Shown: piece after piece, positions 19,715 to 28,666 of the stretch | Numbering within the stretch: position 1 is the first letter of the stretch | How the letters are laid out: the number at the start of each line of letters is the position of its first letter | Source of the DNA: Clostridiales bacterium | GTDB lineage: Bacteria; Bacillota; Clostridia; Oscillospirales; UBA644 | DNA length: 64,000 bases | Reading direction: 5' to 3' | NCBI GenBank assembly: GCA_016281915.1 | Contig: JAEEJO010000012.1 | Location: 30,029-94,028 of the forward strand | The notes under the pieces: generated by a model | The model's database searches: none | Told to the model about the DNA's origin: nothing | The model's input: only the letters and a program-made list of their open reading frames with translations | Position numbers and translations under genes: made by a program

Positions 19715-21082
19715 TCAGTTTTTAAGGCTTTGAATAGGCGCAGGGATACGCCCGCCTCGCGATATGAATTTTGCCGGTGAAAACCGGCTTATTCTCATAA
19801 CCGGAGCTTCGCCGAGAAGTCCGCCGAAAGAAACGGTATCCCCGACTGTTTTGCCGTATGCGGGAATAACGCGGACGGCGGTTGTTTTGGAATTGACAAC
19901 GCCTATCGCAGCCTCGTCAGCTATCAGAGCTGAGATAACCTCTGCGGGCGTATCGCCGGGAACAGCTATCATATCAAGTCCGACCGAGCAGACAGCCGTC
20001 ATGGCTTCCAGTTTTTCTATTGTAAGTGCGCCGCTTTTTGCGGCGTTGATCATGCCGGCGTCTTCGGATACGGGGATAAACGCGCCCGATAATCCGCCGA
20101 CATGGGAAGACGCCATTACGCCGCCTTTTTTCACCGCATCGTTGAGAAGCGCAAGCGCCGCGGTAGTTCCGCACGATCCGCAGCTCTCAAGTCCCATTTC
20201 CTCAAGGATATGCGCTACAGAGTCGCCGATCTCGGGAGTAGGTGCAAGAGACAGATCGACTATCCCGAAAGGAACGCCGAGACGCTGCGATGCCTGAGCG
20301 GCAACGAGCTGACCCATTCTTGTGATCTTGAAGGCGGTCTTTTTTATGGTTTCAGCAACCTCCGAAAGGTCTCCGTCACATTTTTCAAGCGCTTTTTTCA
20401 CTACCCCGGGGCCCGAAACGCCTACGTTTATCATGCACTCGCCCTCGCCAGTACCGTGAAAAGCGCCTGCCATAAACGGGTTGTCCTCGGGAACGTTGGC
20501 AAAAACAACGAGCTTTGCGCAGCCTATGGAATCGCTCTCGCGAGTAAGATACGCGAGCTGTTTTACGGTTTTTCCCATCATGGCGACGGCGTTCATGTTT
20601 ATGCCCGCTTTGGTGGAAGCGACGTTTACCGACGAACAGACGTTATCGGTCGACGCAAGAGCCGAAGGGATAGAATTGATAAGAGCCTTATCGCTTACCG
20701 AAAAGCCTTTCTGAACAAGCGCGGAAAAGCCGCCGATGAAATTTACACCGCAGGTATCCGCCGCTTTCTGAAGCGTTTCGGCAAACGGCGTGCAGTCGAA
20801 ATTTTCGTCATCTCCGACCGCTGCCGCCGCTATCAGAGAGATCGGCGTAACGGAAATGCGCTTGTTGATGATGGGAATACCCAGTTCCTTTTCTATGTTT
20901 TCGCCTACGGAAACGAGGTGTTCAGCTTTTTTCGTGATTTTATCGTATATTTTCCCGCAGCACTTATCTATATCTCCGTCCGCGCATGAATGAAGAGAAA
21001 TGCCCATCGTGACGGTTCGGATGTCAAGATGTTCCTGCGTTATCATATTTATGGTTTCAAGTATTTTACTGTCGTTTAACAT
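19715..21082 (-). CDS. UPF0210/DUF711 (PFL-like) family protein
   Basis: 455 aa. The N-terminus [24 protein letters not shown] is typical of the family as I recall it. It is preceded by its usual ACT-domain partner. Confidence 0.8.
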   Translation of the reverse strand: MLNDSKILETINMITQEHLDIRTVTMGISLHSCADGDIDKCCGKIYDKITKKAEHLVSVGENIEKELGIPIINKRISVTPISLIAAAAVGDDENFDCTPFAETLQKAADTCGVNFIGGFSALVQKGFSVSDKALINSIPSALASTDNVCSSVNVASTKAGINMNAVAMMGKTVKQLAYLTRESDSIGCAKLVVFANVPEDNPFMAGAFHGTGEGECMINVGVSGPGVVKKALEKCDGDLSEVAETIKKTAFKITRMGQLVAAQASQRLGVPFGIVDLSLAPTPEIGDSVAHILEEMGLESCGSCGTTAALALLNDAVKKGGVMASSHVGGLSGAFIPVSEDAGMINAAKSGALTIEKLEAMTAVCSVGLDMIAVPGDTPAEVISALIADEAAIGVVNSKTTAVRVIPAYGKTVGDTVSFGGLLGEAPVMRISRFSPAKFISRGGRIPAPIQSLKN

Positions 21083-21137
21083 ATTTGCTCCGGTATTTTA
21101 AAGGTAAGACCTGAAGAGGCGAATTTATCGCTTCAGA

Positions 21138-21407
21138 TCATATATTGTGCATAGCGTCGAAGATCGATTCGTGCATGGTATGTATGACAAGGTGCTCTTT
21201 TTCGGCAAGAGAGTTCATAACGTCCACAAAATCCGCAAAACGGATATTCATTTCGTCAACGGAAATAAGCATCGTCATAACAAACATTCCGCCGAAGACC
21301 TTCTGAGTGATGTCGAGAATGTTTGCGTTGTATTTAAAGCACTCGGTGCTTACTTTTGCGATAATGCCAACGGTATCCTTGCCCGTAACGGTAATTACTG
21401 CGTTCAT
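21138..21407 (-). CDS. ACT domain protein (UPF0237 family)
   Basis: 89 aa, MNAVITVTGKDTVGIIAKVS... The size and pairing with UPF0210 are typical. Confidence 0.75.
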   Translation of the reverse strand: MNAVITVTGKDTVGIIAKVSTECFKYNANILDITQKVFGGMFVMTMLISVDEMNIRFADFVDVMNSLAEKEHLVIHTMHESIFDAMHNI

Positions 21408-21418
21408 CTGCGCCTCCG

Positions 21419-22651
21419 TTATTTATTCTTCTGAGTGTGTTTTGCGCGTACTTTGATGGGCAGACCGAAAAGATTTATAAAGCCAGCGCTGTCCGCCTGA
21501 TTGTATACTTCGTCTTCGCTGAAAGTTGCGATGTCTTCGTCATAAAGCGAATTGGGAGACGTTACGCCCGCATTTATGATATTGCCCTTGTAAAGTTTGA
21601 GCTTGACGGTGCCGGAAACTGTTTTCTGAGTTTCATCGACAAAAGCGGAAAGCGCCTCGCGGAGAGGAGTGAACCATTGACCGAAATAGACGAGTTCGGC
21701 AAAACGGAGAGCCGCCTGCTGCTTGAAGTGAAGCGTGTCTCTGTCGATGCAGAGCGTTTCGAGGATATCATGCGCCTGATAAAGGATCGTTCCGCCGGGA
21801 GTTTCGTATACGCCTCTCGACTTCATTCCGACAAGACGGTTTTCAACAAGGTCCGCGATACCTATGCCGTTTTCGCCGCCAAGCTTATTGAGCTTTCTGA
21901 TTATATCGGAGCCTTTCATTTTAACGCCGTCAACCGATACGGGAACGCCTTTTTCAAATCCGATCGTGACGTATGTGGGAGCGTCGGGAGCTTTTTCCGG
22001 CGAGACGCCGAGTTCGAGGATCTTATCATAATCCGGCTCGTTTGCAGGATCTTCAAGATCGAGTCCCTCATGAGAAAGGTGCCAGAGGTTCATATCTTTT
22101 GAATAATTTGTTTCCCTGCTGATCCTGAGCGGAATATTATGCGCCTCGGCGTAGTCGATCTCTTCGTCGCGAGATTTTATATCCCAGATCCTCCAGGGCG
22201 CGATTATAGGCATATCGGGAGCGAATGCTTTTATTGCAAGCTCGAATCTGACCTGATCGTTGCCCTTTCCGGTGCAGCCGTGAGCTATGGCGTCTGCGCC
22301 TTCTTTCAGTGCGATCTCAACGATGCGTTTTGCGATGATCGGACGGGCAAAAGAGGTGCCGAGAAGATATTTGTTTTCGTATACAGCGGAAGCCTTGAGC
22401 GTGGGGAATATATAATCGTCTACGAATTCATCCACGAGATCTTCTATATATATTTTGGACGCGCCTGTTTTTATCGCCTTCTCGCGAAGTCCGTCAAGCT
22501 CTCCGCCCTGTCCTACGTCGGCTGCAACGGCTATTACCTCGCAATTGTTGAAGTTTTCCTTGAGCCACGGTATGATGATTGACGTGTCAAGTCCGCCCGA
22601 ATAGGCAAGAACAACTTTTTTTATTTCTTTCTCTGATTTAAGATTTCCCAT
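21419..22651 (-). CDS. argG: Argininosuccinate synthase
   Basis: 410 aa with AYSGGLDTS (ATP pyrophosphatase motif) and [14 protein letters not shown]. Confidence 0.92.
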   Translation of the reverse strand: MGNLKSEKEIKKVVLAYSGGLDTSIIIPWLKENFNNCEVIAVAADVGQGGELDGLREKAIKTGASKIYIEDLVDEFVDDYIFPTLKASAVYENKYLLGTSFARPIIAKRIVEIALKEGADAIAHGCTGKGNDQVRFELAIKAFAPDMPIIAPWRIWDIKSRDEEIDYAEAHNIPLRISRETNYSKDMNLWHLSHEGLDLEDPANEPDYDKILELGVSPEKAPDAPTYVTIGFEKGVPVSVDGVKMKGSDIIRKLNKLGGENGIGIADLVENRLVGMKSRGVYETPGGTILYQAHDILETLCIDRDTLHFKQQAALRFAELVYFGQWFTPLREALSAFVDETQKTVSGTVKLKLYKGNIINAGVTSPNSLYDEDIATFSEDEVYNQADSAGFINLFGLPIKVRAKHTQKNK

Positions 22652-22699
22652 TTTTATTTCTCCTGATTATATAAGATTAATTTATTCGCGAAAAACAAA

Positions 22700-22737
22700 T
22701 ATGAATTATTATACAATATTTGGAATAAAAATACAAT
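22700..22737. promoter_or_regulatory. Two tandem ARG boxes (ArgR/AhrC operator) overlapping the arg operon promoter
   Basis: Box 1 (22700-22717) is TATGAATTATTATACAAT, one mismatch from TNTGAATWWWWATTCANW. Box 2 (22720-22737) is TTGGAATAAAAATACAAT, two mismatches. Box starts are 20 bp apart. Confidence 0.55.
22708..22736 (-). promoter_or_regulatory. Promoter of the argG...argF operon
   Basis: Minus strand reads TTGTAT (22731-22736), 17-nt spacer, TATAAT (22708-22713). Both hexamers lie inside the ARG boxes. Confidence 0.6.
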
Positions 22738-22811
22738 AGTATAAATTGCCGAATTTTATGTTATGTTCGTGCAGTAATATGGCTAAAATAAACAACTGAT
22801 ACAATTCGCGG

Positions 22812-23471
22812 TCACTGATATTCTATCAAAGAAACATCCGCAACGCCCCGAAGCTCTTTTATGGAGTCTATAACGTCCATATCCCTGCCCTTTATGCGGA
22901 CATCGGCGGAAAGCTCCGTATACTCTTTCCCGTATACCTTTGCTCTGACCTTATATTTTGACAGAAGCCGCAGTTTGTGCTTTATCTCCTGCGCGGCATC
23001 GGGCGTATAGCGAACCGTTAAAAGGTACATCACAGCCGTTCCTTTTCTGCTGAAAAAGGATATCGCAAGATAGATAAGACCGATCAGCACGTTGGCAAAG
23101 AGAGACCAGAAAATAAGCCCTGCGCCCGTCATTATTCCTGCGCATACAGCCCAAAACATGAATATCGTGTCAACAGGATCTTTCACCGCTGTTCTGAATC
23201 TTACAATAGAGAGCGCGCCGACCATTCCGAGAGAAAGGACGAGATTTGATGTGACCGTCATGATTATTGCGGACGTGACAACCGAAAGAAGCGACAGAGA
23301 GAGCGCGAAACCTTTGTTGAGCACAACGCCGCGGAACGTTACTTTGTAGATAAAAATAATGAAAAGCGAGAGAATGAACGCGACAAGTACAGTGGCAATT
23401 ACTCCGAAAAACGTCAATTCACCGGAAAACTCGTTCAGTGCACTGTTTTTTATAATGTCCGAAAAATTCAT
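22812..23471 (-). CDS. DUF4956-like integral membrane protein
   Basis: 219 aa with 4-5 TM helices and SIVRFRTAVKDPVDTIFMFWAV, followed by a soluble C-terminal domain. Its ATG overlaps the VTC stop (ATGA). Confidence 0.7.
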   Translation of the reverse strand: MNFSDIIKNSALNEFSGELTFFGVIATVLVAFILSLFIIFIYKVTFRGVVLNKGFALSLSLLSVVTSAIIMTVTSNLVLSLGMVGALSIVRFRTAVKDPVDTIFMFWAVCAGIMTGAGLIFWSLFANVLIGLIYLAISFFSRKGTAVMYLLTVRYTPDAAQEIKHKLRLLSKYKVRAKVYGKEYTELSADVRIKGRDMDVIDSIKELRGVADVSLIEYQ

Positions 23472-24139
23472 AGGCAGCTCCCTTCAATTGCGCTTACAGC
23501 CATTGCGTATTTTGAATATGCGATCCGTTCGGCTGAAACGGATGACAGGATCGGGGTGAGAAAAGACGGAAAAACATCACTGTATTTTACTTCGAGAACC
23601 GCTGTTTCCGAAAAAACCGGTATAAAAGGTGCGGTTTTATCAAACAGTGAATTTTTGTCGAGAGAAAAACGGATGTTTTCGTCTATCGTTATTCTCGTTT
23701 CTCCTGCAGGAAAAACGAATGCAGTGCGGTCATAAGCAATGTTTGCAATCGGTTTCAGCCCCTGCGCTATGCGTTTTGCCTCAAACTCTTCTGCAAGAGC
23801 TCCGCTTTCGTGAAGTGAGCCTCCGCAGATGACGTCCCTCACGGAATTTTTATGCAATAAAAGTGAATATTTATCCACTAAATCATTCTTTTTGCATTTC
23901 TTCTCAAGCACGATATACGTTTCGTCACCGTTATACAGGCGGATCCGGAACTTTTCCCTGTCGCTGTCTCCGTCAAGCTTTTCGTAATATGCGCTCAGCG
24001 AGATGTCGTCGAAATAAAGGCTCGTTACGGTATACCGACCGTCTTTATAGTGCGGGTCGAATCTGAGGGAAGCGGAAAGAATACTTTTGAGAACAGTGCA
24101 TTCCGGTTTGCCGATCATGTATTTTTGTTCGTGTCTCAC
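23468..24139 (-). CDS. VTC-domain protein (triphosphate-tunnel fold, polyphosphate-polymerase-like)
   Basis: Start re-set to the GTG at 24139 (MRHEQKYMI..), with GGAGG 9 nt upstream and only 1 nt after the CotH stop. The RHExKY N-terminus plus the REKFRIRLY, LEKK and LEVKY strands fit the tunnel pattern. Confidence 0.75.
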   Translation of the reverse strand: MRHEQKYMIGKPECTVLKSILSASLRFDPHYKDGRYTVTSLYFDDISLSAYYEKLDGDSDREKFRIRLYNGDETYIVLEKKCKKNDLVDKYSLLLHKNSVRDVICGGSLHESGALAEEFEAKRIAQGLKPIANIAYDRTAFVFPAGETRITIDENIRFSLDKNSLFDKTAPFIPVFSETAVLEVKYSDVFPSFLTPILSSVSAERIAYSKYAMAVSAIEGSCL

Positions 24140-24140
24140 G

Positions 24141-27100
24141 TCACTGTTCCTCCGTTTCCGCAAAATCTCCCGTTTCGAGAGGCGCTTCCGTCTCGTCAGA
24201 AGAAGGAGCGGATGCAACAAGCGTATCGGCAGGTTGAGTGTAAACGAATATTTCATCGGGATTTTCGATAAGTCCCAGTTCAAGAGCAGTATCAAATTCC
24301 TGTCTCTCTTCGTCCGTCATGTAAAAATAATAGTCCACGGCGGGATCGGTAAGAGAAAAAAGATCTTTTATCTCCGCAACGAGCTGTTCTTTTCTCGTTT
24401 TGCCCGTATCATTTTTGTTGGTAACAAAGTTTTTTATTACTTTTGTCTGCCAGTCCCAGGTGTTGTAGCTGCTGCCCCAGCGGTTTATGTTTCTTACTAT
24501 CTCACCGCCGATCAGATTGCGGAAATGATCGACGCCCAAAGAAACTCGCTCCGGTGAAAAAGTGTTGTCAAGATGATATGCAAATCTTCGCAGGAACATA
24601 TCGAAAAACTCCGGGCTGCGAAGAAGACTGTTGATAAGGGCTGTGTTGTATTTGTGGGCATAGCCCGTGCCTTGTGGGTCTATCATGAACCAGAGGCCGT
24701 AGGTGCCGAATTCGGTATCGTCCGTCATGGCATAATCAAGGTCGTAAAGGATCCATCTCCATTTGCCGTCGGTCTCGCTGCTGCGGTAAAATTTGATATT
24801 TCCTGAATCTCTGTTGCCGAAAAACGCTTCGGCTATGATAAAATCGGCAAAGCTTTCAACGTCAACGCTTCTTTTCAGATAGGCGTAATTTGAAGGAACT
24901 GAAAGATCGTAGTTCCTTGCATACCACAAAACGCTGTACCAGTCGTCGTTGCTGCCTGAAATCACGTTCCCGTTGCCTACAAGAAGGTCTACGCTTTCTT
25001 TATTCACACCAAGATGCGACGCTATAAAATGCTCGTCTATCTTTTCACGGATATAATATATGCCGTAATACTCGCCGTTTATATAAAGCACACATGCTTT
25101 ATAGCCCTGAACGAGAAGATCCATATCAGCAGAAAGAGAAGTCGCAAGCTCGTCTCTGAAAAGAGAACGCCTGTAATCCTGAGATCCTGACCGCAGAACA
25201 AGAGAGTTGAAACGCGTTATCTCGGGGATATTGTCAAAAAGAGAGCAGTATATTTCCGGACAGCCGTATTTTGCGCGAAATTTCAGCTGAAAAGACTGCT
25301 TTGGGTACTCTCTGTTGGACTGACCGAAAAGTTTTATGCCGCAGTCAGCGTGAAAGCCCCATATACCGTCAAAAAGTTCGACTGAGCACGCCCTTTCCCA
25401 ATCCTGCCAGATATTTGCGTCCTTAGGATATTTCCCGTTTTCGTCAGCCTTGCCCCGAAAGCAAATGCCGTCCTTCTCTCCGAAAAGCCCCTGCGGGTCT
25501 GAAGAGACGGATATAACGGGAAGAGAGTGATTTTCGTTGATTATATAGCTTTCGGTTATACTTTTGCTCGGCAGCTTGCCCTCTTCGATATTAAGAGCAC
25601 GCACGACACATGTTTTGCCGACCGTTATCGGCTCTGAGTAGCGGATGCTTTCGGAGTCGGGCAAAGAACCGTCAAGCGTATAGTAAATATCGCCCTCTCC
25701 CTCAAAAGATAACAAAATTGAAGAGACGCCGTTGTATATACCGCCTTCAACGGAGGGTACCGGAGCGGGAGATATATATCTGACCCCCTCGGAATTCTCT
25801 GTTCCCGGTGTGGGAGACGGGATATAGACAAATCCGCCTTTCGACGGAGATCTTCCGAACGACATACCGTAGCGTATCTCGGTCAGCACGGCGCCGTCGG
25901 CAATGGTATAGCCTCCGTTTTCAGCTTTGAAAAGATAAAGCTCTTCGTATGCCGAATCAAGCCTGAAATTGCAGTGAATGAATGCGCTCGTTGATTTTTC
26001 GGGGGAGCCGGAAGCGAAAACAAGTATTATTTCGTTTGCCTGAAGCGTTATTGCGGGGAATTGCCACCGTGAAGGATCGTTTTTATTGCAGGTAAGGTAA
26101 TAATCCGAGAGCAGGACGGGAGAACCGGATCTGTTTTTAATCTCTATCCAGTCATAATACTCGCCGTTTTGCGCCGCATAACTGTCGTTTACGACCATTA
26201 CCTCGTTTATGATAAGAGCTTTTGAGGCATCGCTGTTTTTTGAGTATTCGTCGATATCGGTATATCCGGGGGAAGGAGTATAAAGAAGAGCCATCGTCTC
26301 TTCGGCAGACTCTCTTGAGAGGACCTTGCCGTTTTCAAGGTCGGTATAATCCTCTTCGTCTGTCAGCACGCCGTTTTTATCGCAAAGACTGACGTATCCG
26401 CCGTCCGAAGCAAGCCTGAAAGATGTGTGAAGCTCTCCAGACGTCCTGTTTTTTCCGGAAGCGAAAACAACGATGCTTTCATTTGAAGCAAGACGGACAG
26501 AAGGGAACGTCCATTTGAAGCGGTTTGTCGGATCGTCTGACAGAGTATAGCCTTCAAGATCAACGTCTTCATCGCCGAAATTCGTTATTTCGATATAATC
26601 GGAATACTCTCCGTCCGAGTCTGTAACGGTAAAAAGGTTATCCGCCATTATTTCCGTGATCTTTACAGGGTCGTTTTTTCTTACTCTTGAGGCGGCGAAA
26701 AGCGCCTTTCCCTGCTCGTTATTGGGATACAGCGGAGACGGAGCTTCGTTTGATTTCCACGAGCCGCTTTCTGTGCGCGCATAAACGTGATTCCGCTCGG
26801 TTTCAGCGGTAACGACACGGTCTGTTATAACGCCTCCGGCAGTATAAAGAGTAAATATCTCCCCGCCCCTTTTTGAGAGCTTCATCGGGCAGTAAAGTCC
26901 GCCCTTATTCTCGCCGCAGAAAAAAACAAGAAGATATCCGTTGGGAGAAAGCATTGTTCCGTTTGGGAAATACCACAGATCGGTATTCTTGTCTTCAGCA
27001 ATATACCATCCAGATATATCGACGGTTTTCGACGTCATGTTTCTTATTTCGGCGTAGTCATAAAACTGCCCGTGTCCGTCCGGATAAAAATTATCGTTTG

Positions 27101-27293
27101 AAAGAAGAAGCTCGTTAAAAACGACATCGCCGAAAACGCCTTCCGAAACTATCTGGATACGGTCGTCGCCTGTTCCTGATGCGGACGGAGATCGGGAAGA
27201 GACGGAAATGCCGAAAACGGTAAGAACGATGAGCGCCGCAGCGCCGATCACAGCAGCAACGATATACTGCACGTTTGCTTTCGAATTTTTCAC
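24141..27293 (-). CDS. Membrane-anchored CotH-family kinase-like protein with three lamin-tail-like domains
   Basis: Start re-set to the GTG at 27293 (MKNSKANVQYIVAAVIGAAALIVL, a TM anchor), 7 nt after GGAGAG. There are three LTD-like repeats (YDYAEIRN.., YSDYIEITN.., YYDWIEIKN..). The CotH region has LRSGSQDYRRSLFRDE, YINGEYYGIYYIREK, NRDSGNIKFYR and WRWILYDLDYAM. Confidence 0.8.
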   Translation of the reverse strand: MKNSKANVQYIVAAVIGAAALIVLTVFGISVSSRSPSASGTGDDRIQIVSEGVFGDVVFNELLLSNDNFYPDGHGQFYDYAEIRNMTSKTVDISGWYIAEDKNTDLWYFPNGTMLSPNGYLLVFFCGENKGGLYCPMKLSKRGGEIFTLYTAGGVITDRVVTAETERNHVYARTESGSWKSNEAPSPLYPNNEQGKALFAASRVRKNDPVKITEIMADNLFTVTDSDGEYSDYIEITNFGDEDVDLEGYTLSDDPTNRFKWTFPSVRLASNESIVVFASGKNRTSGELHTSFRLASDGGYVSLCDKNGVLTDEEDYTDLENGKVLSRESAEETMALLYTPSPGYTDIDEYSKNSDASKALIINEVMVVNDSYAAQNGEYYDWIEIKNRSGSPVLLSDYYLTCNKNDPSRWQFPAITLQANEIILVFASGSPEKSTSAFIHCNFRLDSAYEELYLFKAENGGYTIADGAVLTEIRYGMSFGRSPSKGGFVYIPSPTPGTENSEGVRYISPAPVPSVEGGIYNGVSSILLSFEGEGDIYYTLDGSLPDSESIRYSEPITVGKTCVVRALNIEEGKLPSKSITESYIINENHSLPVISVSSDPQGLFGEKDGICFRGKADENGKYPKDANIWQDWERACSVELFDGIWGFHADCGIKLFGQSNREYPKQSFQLKFRAKYGCPEIYCSLFDNIPEITRFNSLVLRSGSQDYRRSLFRDELATSLSADMDLLVQGYKACVLYINGEYYGIYYIREKIDEHFIASHLGVNKESVDLLVGNGNVISGSNDDWYSVLWYARNYDLSVPSNYAYLKRSVDVESFADFIIAEAFFGNRDSGNIKFYRSSETDGKWRWILYDLDYAMTDDTEFGTYGLWFMIDPQGTGYAHKYNTALINSLLRSPEFFDMFLRRFAYHLDNTFSPERVSLGVDHFRNLIGGEIVRNINRWGSSYNTWDWQTKVIKNFVTNKNDTGKTRKEQLVAEIKDLFSLTDPAVDYYFYMTDEERQEFDTALELGLIENPDEIFVYTQPADTLVASAPSSDETEAPLETGDFAETEEQ

Positions 27294-27413
27294 AGCGTCT
27301 CTCCTTTCCGGCAATACCCTATTATATCTCTATTATAATATATCATATTTTTATGCGAATATCAACACACATCGGATAAAAATATTTGAATTTTTTTGAA
27401 AGCACATATTAAT

Positions 27414-27445
27414 ACGGACGGCAGAGCATTCGCTGTGCCGTCCGT
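27414..27445 (-). terminator. Hairpin downstream of the EIIC-like gene (weak U-tract)
   Basis: acggacggcagag...ctgtgccgtccgt forms a 13-bp imperfect stem, but the trailing sequence on the minus strand is only AT-rich. Confidence 0.35.
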
Positions 27446-27459
27446 AAAAATCGGAAATA

Positions 27460-28470
27460 TCAATACTGAATTTTCATATATCCTTTTTTGACCCAGCCTA
27501 TCTTTCTGAAAAGAAGGTCAAAAAGGAATGTGATGACTGCGGGAAGAACGAAGTGCATCAGAAGGATGTAAACGAGAGTAAGGACTGTGCCGAACTCGTC
27601 GTTCATCGCGGAAAAGGCTCCGAACTGTCCGACAAATCCGCTTGTTCCCATACCTGCGCCTGACGAAGTATTCGTCATACCCAGAAGGGCAGTCGAAACG
27701 GGACCGAGTATTGCGGAAGCAAGAGTCGGGGCAAGCCAGATCTGAGGATGATTGAGAATATTGCCGAACTGAAGCATCGAAGTGCCTACGCCCTGTGAGA
27801 TAAGTCCGCCGAACCCGTTATCTCGGAACGACGCTACCGCAAAGCCTATCATCTGGCAGCAGCAACCTACGCATGCCGCTCCTGCCGCGATGCCGTCAAG
27901 CCCTATCATGATGCACAGAGCTGCAGAGCTTATAGGCGCGGTGAGCGCAAGGCCGACAATCACAGAAACTATCATACCCATCGGGATCGGGGCAAGCTCT
28001 GTTGCGCTGTTTATCACGCTGCCTAGCCACTGCATGAAGTTATTTATATACGGACCGACAAAAACGCCGATAAGTCCGCCGGGAATTATAGAGGCAAGAG
28101 GAGTGATGATGATATCGATCTTTGTTTTTCCGGAAAGAAGTCCGCCCGTTTCAGCGCCCACAACTGCCGCGAGATATGCGCCTACGGGTCCTCCTGCCGC
28201 ATAGCCGACAGCGCCGACGACTGCGGATGAGAACACTACGAGGGGTTTGTCTTTATGCAGACTGTATCCTATGGCTGCGCCAATAGCCGCACCTACGACA
28301 GGCGACGATGCAGAAAGCATATCGGATATCTGGGTAAGAAAGCCGAGGAACGGGATCTTTGCGATCTGAGCAATGATAAGACCGATGATCAGGGATGAAA
28401 AAAGTCCGAGCGCCATATATGACATGGCTGTAATAAAATATCTTTTGAAAAACTTTTTTATAAAATCCAA
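27460..28470 (-). CDS. Polytopic membrane protein, PTS EIIC_2-like orphan permease
   Basis: Gly/Ala-rich membrane protein with about 10 TM helices. Start re-set to the TTG at 28470 (MDFIKKFFKRYFITAMSYMALG), 8 nt after GAGAGGTG, because a consensus promoter lies inside the longer track ORF. The family call is from memory. Confidence 0.55.
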   Translation of the reverse strand: MDFIKKFFKRYFITAMSYMALGLFSSLIIGLIIAQIAKIPFLGFLTQISDMLSASSPVVGAAIGAAIGYSLHKDKPLVVFSSAVVGAVGYAAGGPVGAYLAAVVGAETGGLLSGKTKIDIIITPLASIIPGGLIGVFVGPYINNFMQWLGSVINSATELAPIPMGMIVSVIVGLALTAPISSAALCIMIGLDGIAAGAACVGCCCQMIGFAVASFRDNGFGGLISQGVGTSMLQFGNILNHPQIWLAPTLASAILGPVSTALLGMTNTSSGAGMGTSGFVGQFGAFSAMNDEFGTVLTLVYILLMHFVLPAVITFLFDLLFRKIGWVKKGYMKIQY

Positions 28471-28504
28471 ACCAAAAACACCTCTCAGGCAATCAGTTAT
28501 CCGA

Positions 28505-28533
28505 ATTATACCCCCTTTTTGCGTGAATGTCAA
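28505..28533 (-). promoter_or_regulatory. Promoter of the EIIC-like gene
   Basis: Minus strand reads TTGACA (28528-28533), 17-nt spacer, TATAAT (28505-28510). Confidence 0.6.
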
Positions 28534-28604
28534 TAAGGTGACGTAAATTTTCACTTATTGTTGTGATTTGCGGCATAATTCCGTTTAAACATACGGCAAC
28601 AGCG

Positions 28605-28633
28605 TTGACAAATGAAGAACGATATGGTAAAAT
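28605..28633 (+). promoter_or_regulatory. Promoter of the fucosidase/radical-SAM unit
   Basis: TTGACA (28605-28610), 17-nt spacer ending in TGg, TAAAAT (28628-28633). AGGAGGA precedes the ATG at 28667. Confidence 0.6.
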
Positions 28634-28666
28634 CATTTGTAAAAACAGTATCAGGAGGATTTTATT

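Noticed and set aside
20102-20989. 295-aa plus-strand ORF inside the UPF0210 gene. The same applies to other long antisense ORFs: 1902-2540, 7957-8511, 21437-22102, 32539-33192, 36147-36773, 47576-48319 and 49258-49842.
   Set aside because: These are shadow ORFs opposite strongly supported genes. They are Arg/Ser/Phe-rich with biased composition and have no start-site signals.
23468-24295. Track start at 24295 for the VTC-domain gene, giving a 275-aa protein that overlaps CotH by 155 nt.
   Set aside because: The extra N-terminal 51 residues are basic, low-complexity read-through of the CotH 3' end. A GTG at 24139 with GGAGG upstream yields the family-typical MRHEQKY N-terminus immediately after the CotH stop.
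22812-27293. Reading the CotH operon as a sporulation (spore-coat) locus.
   Set aside because: No other sporulation or coat genes are nearby. The protein has a TM anchor and lamin-tail-like domains rather than the short Bacillus CotH architecture. It is also coupled to VTC and DUF4956, so a spore-coat role cannot be inferred from the name alone.
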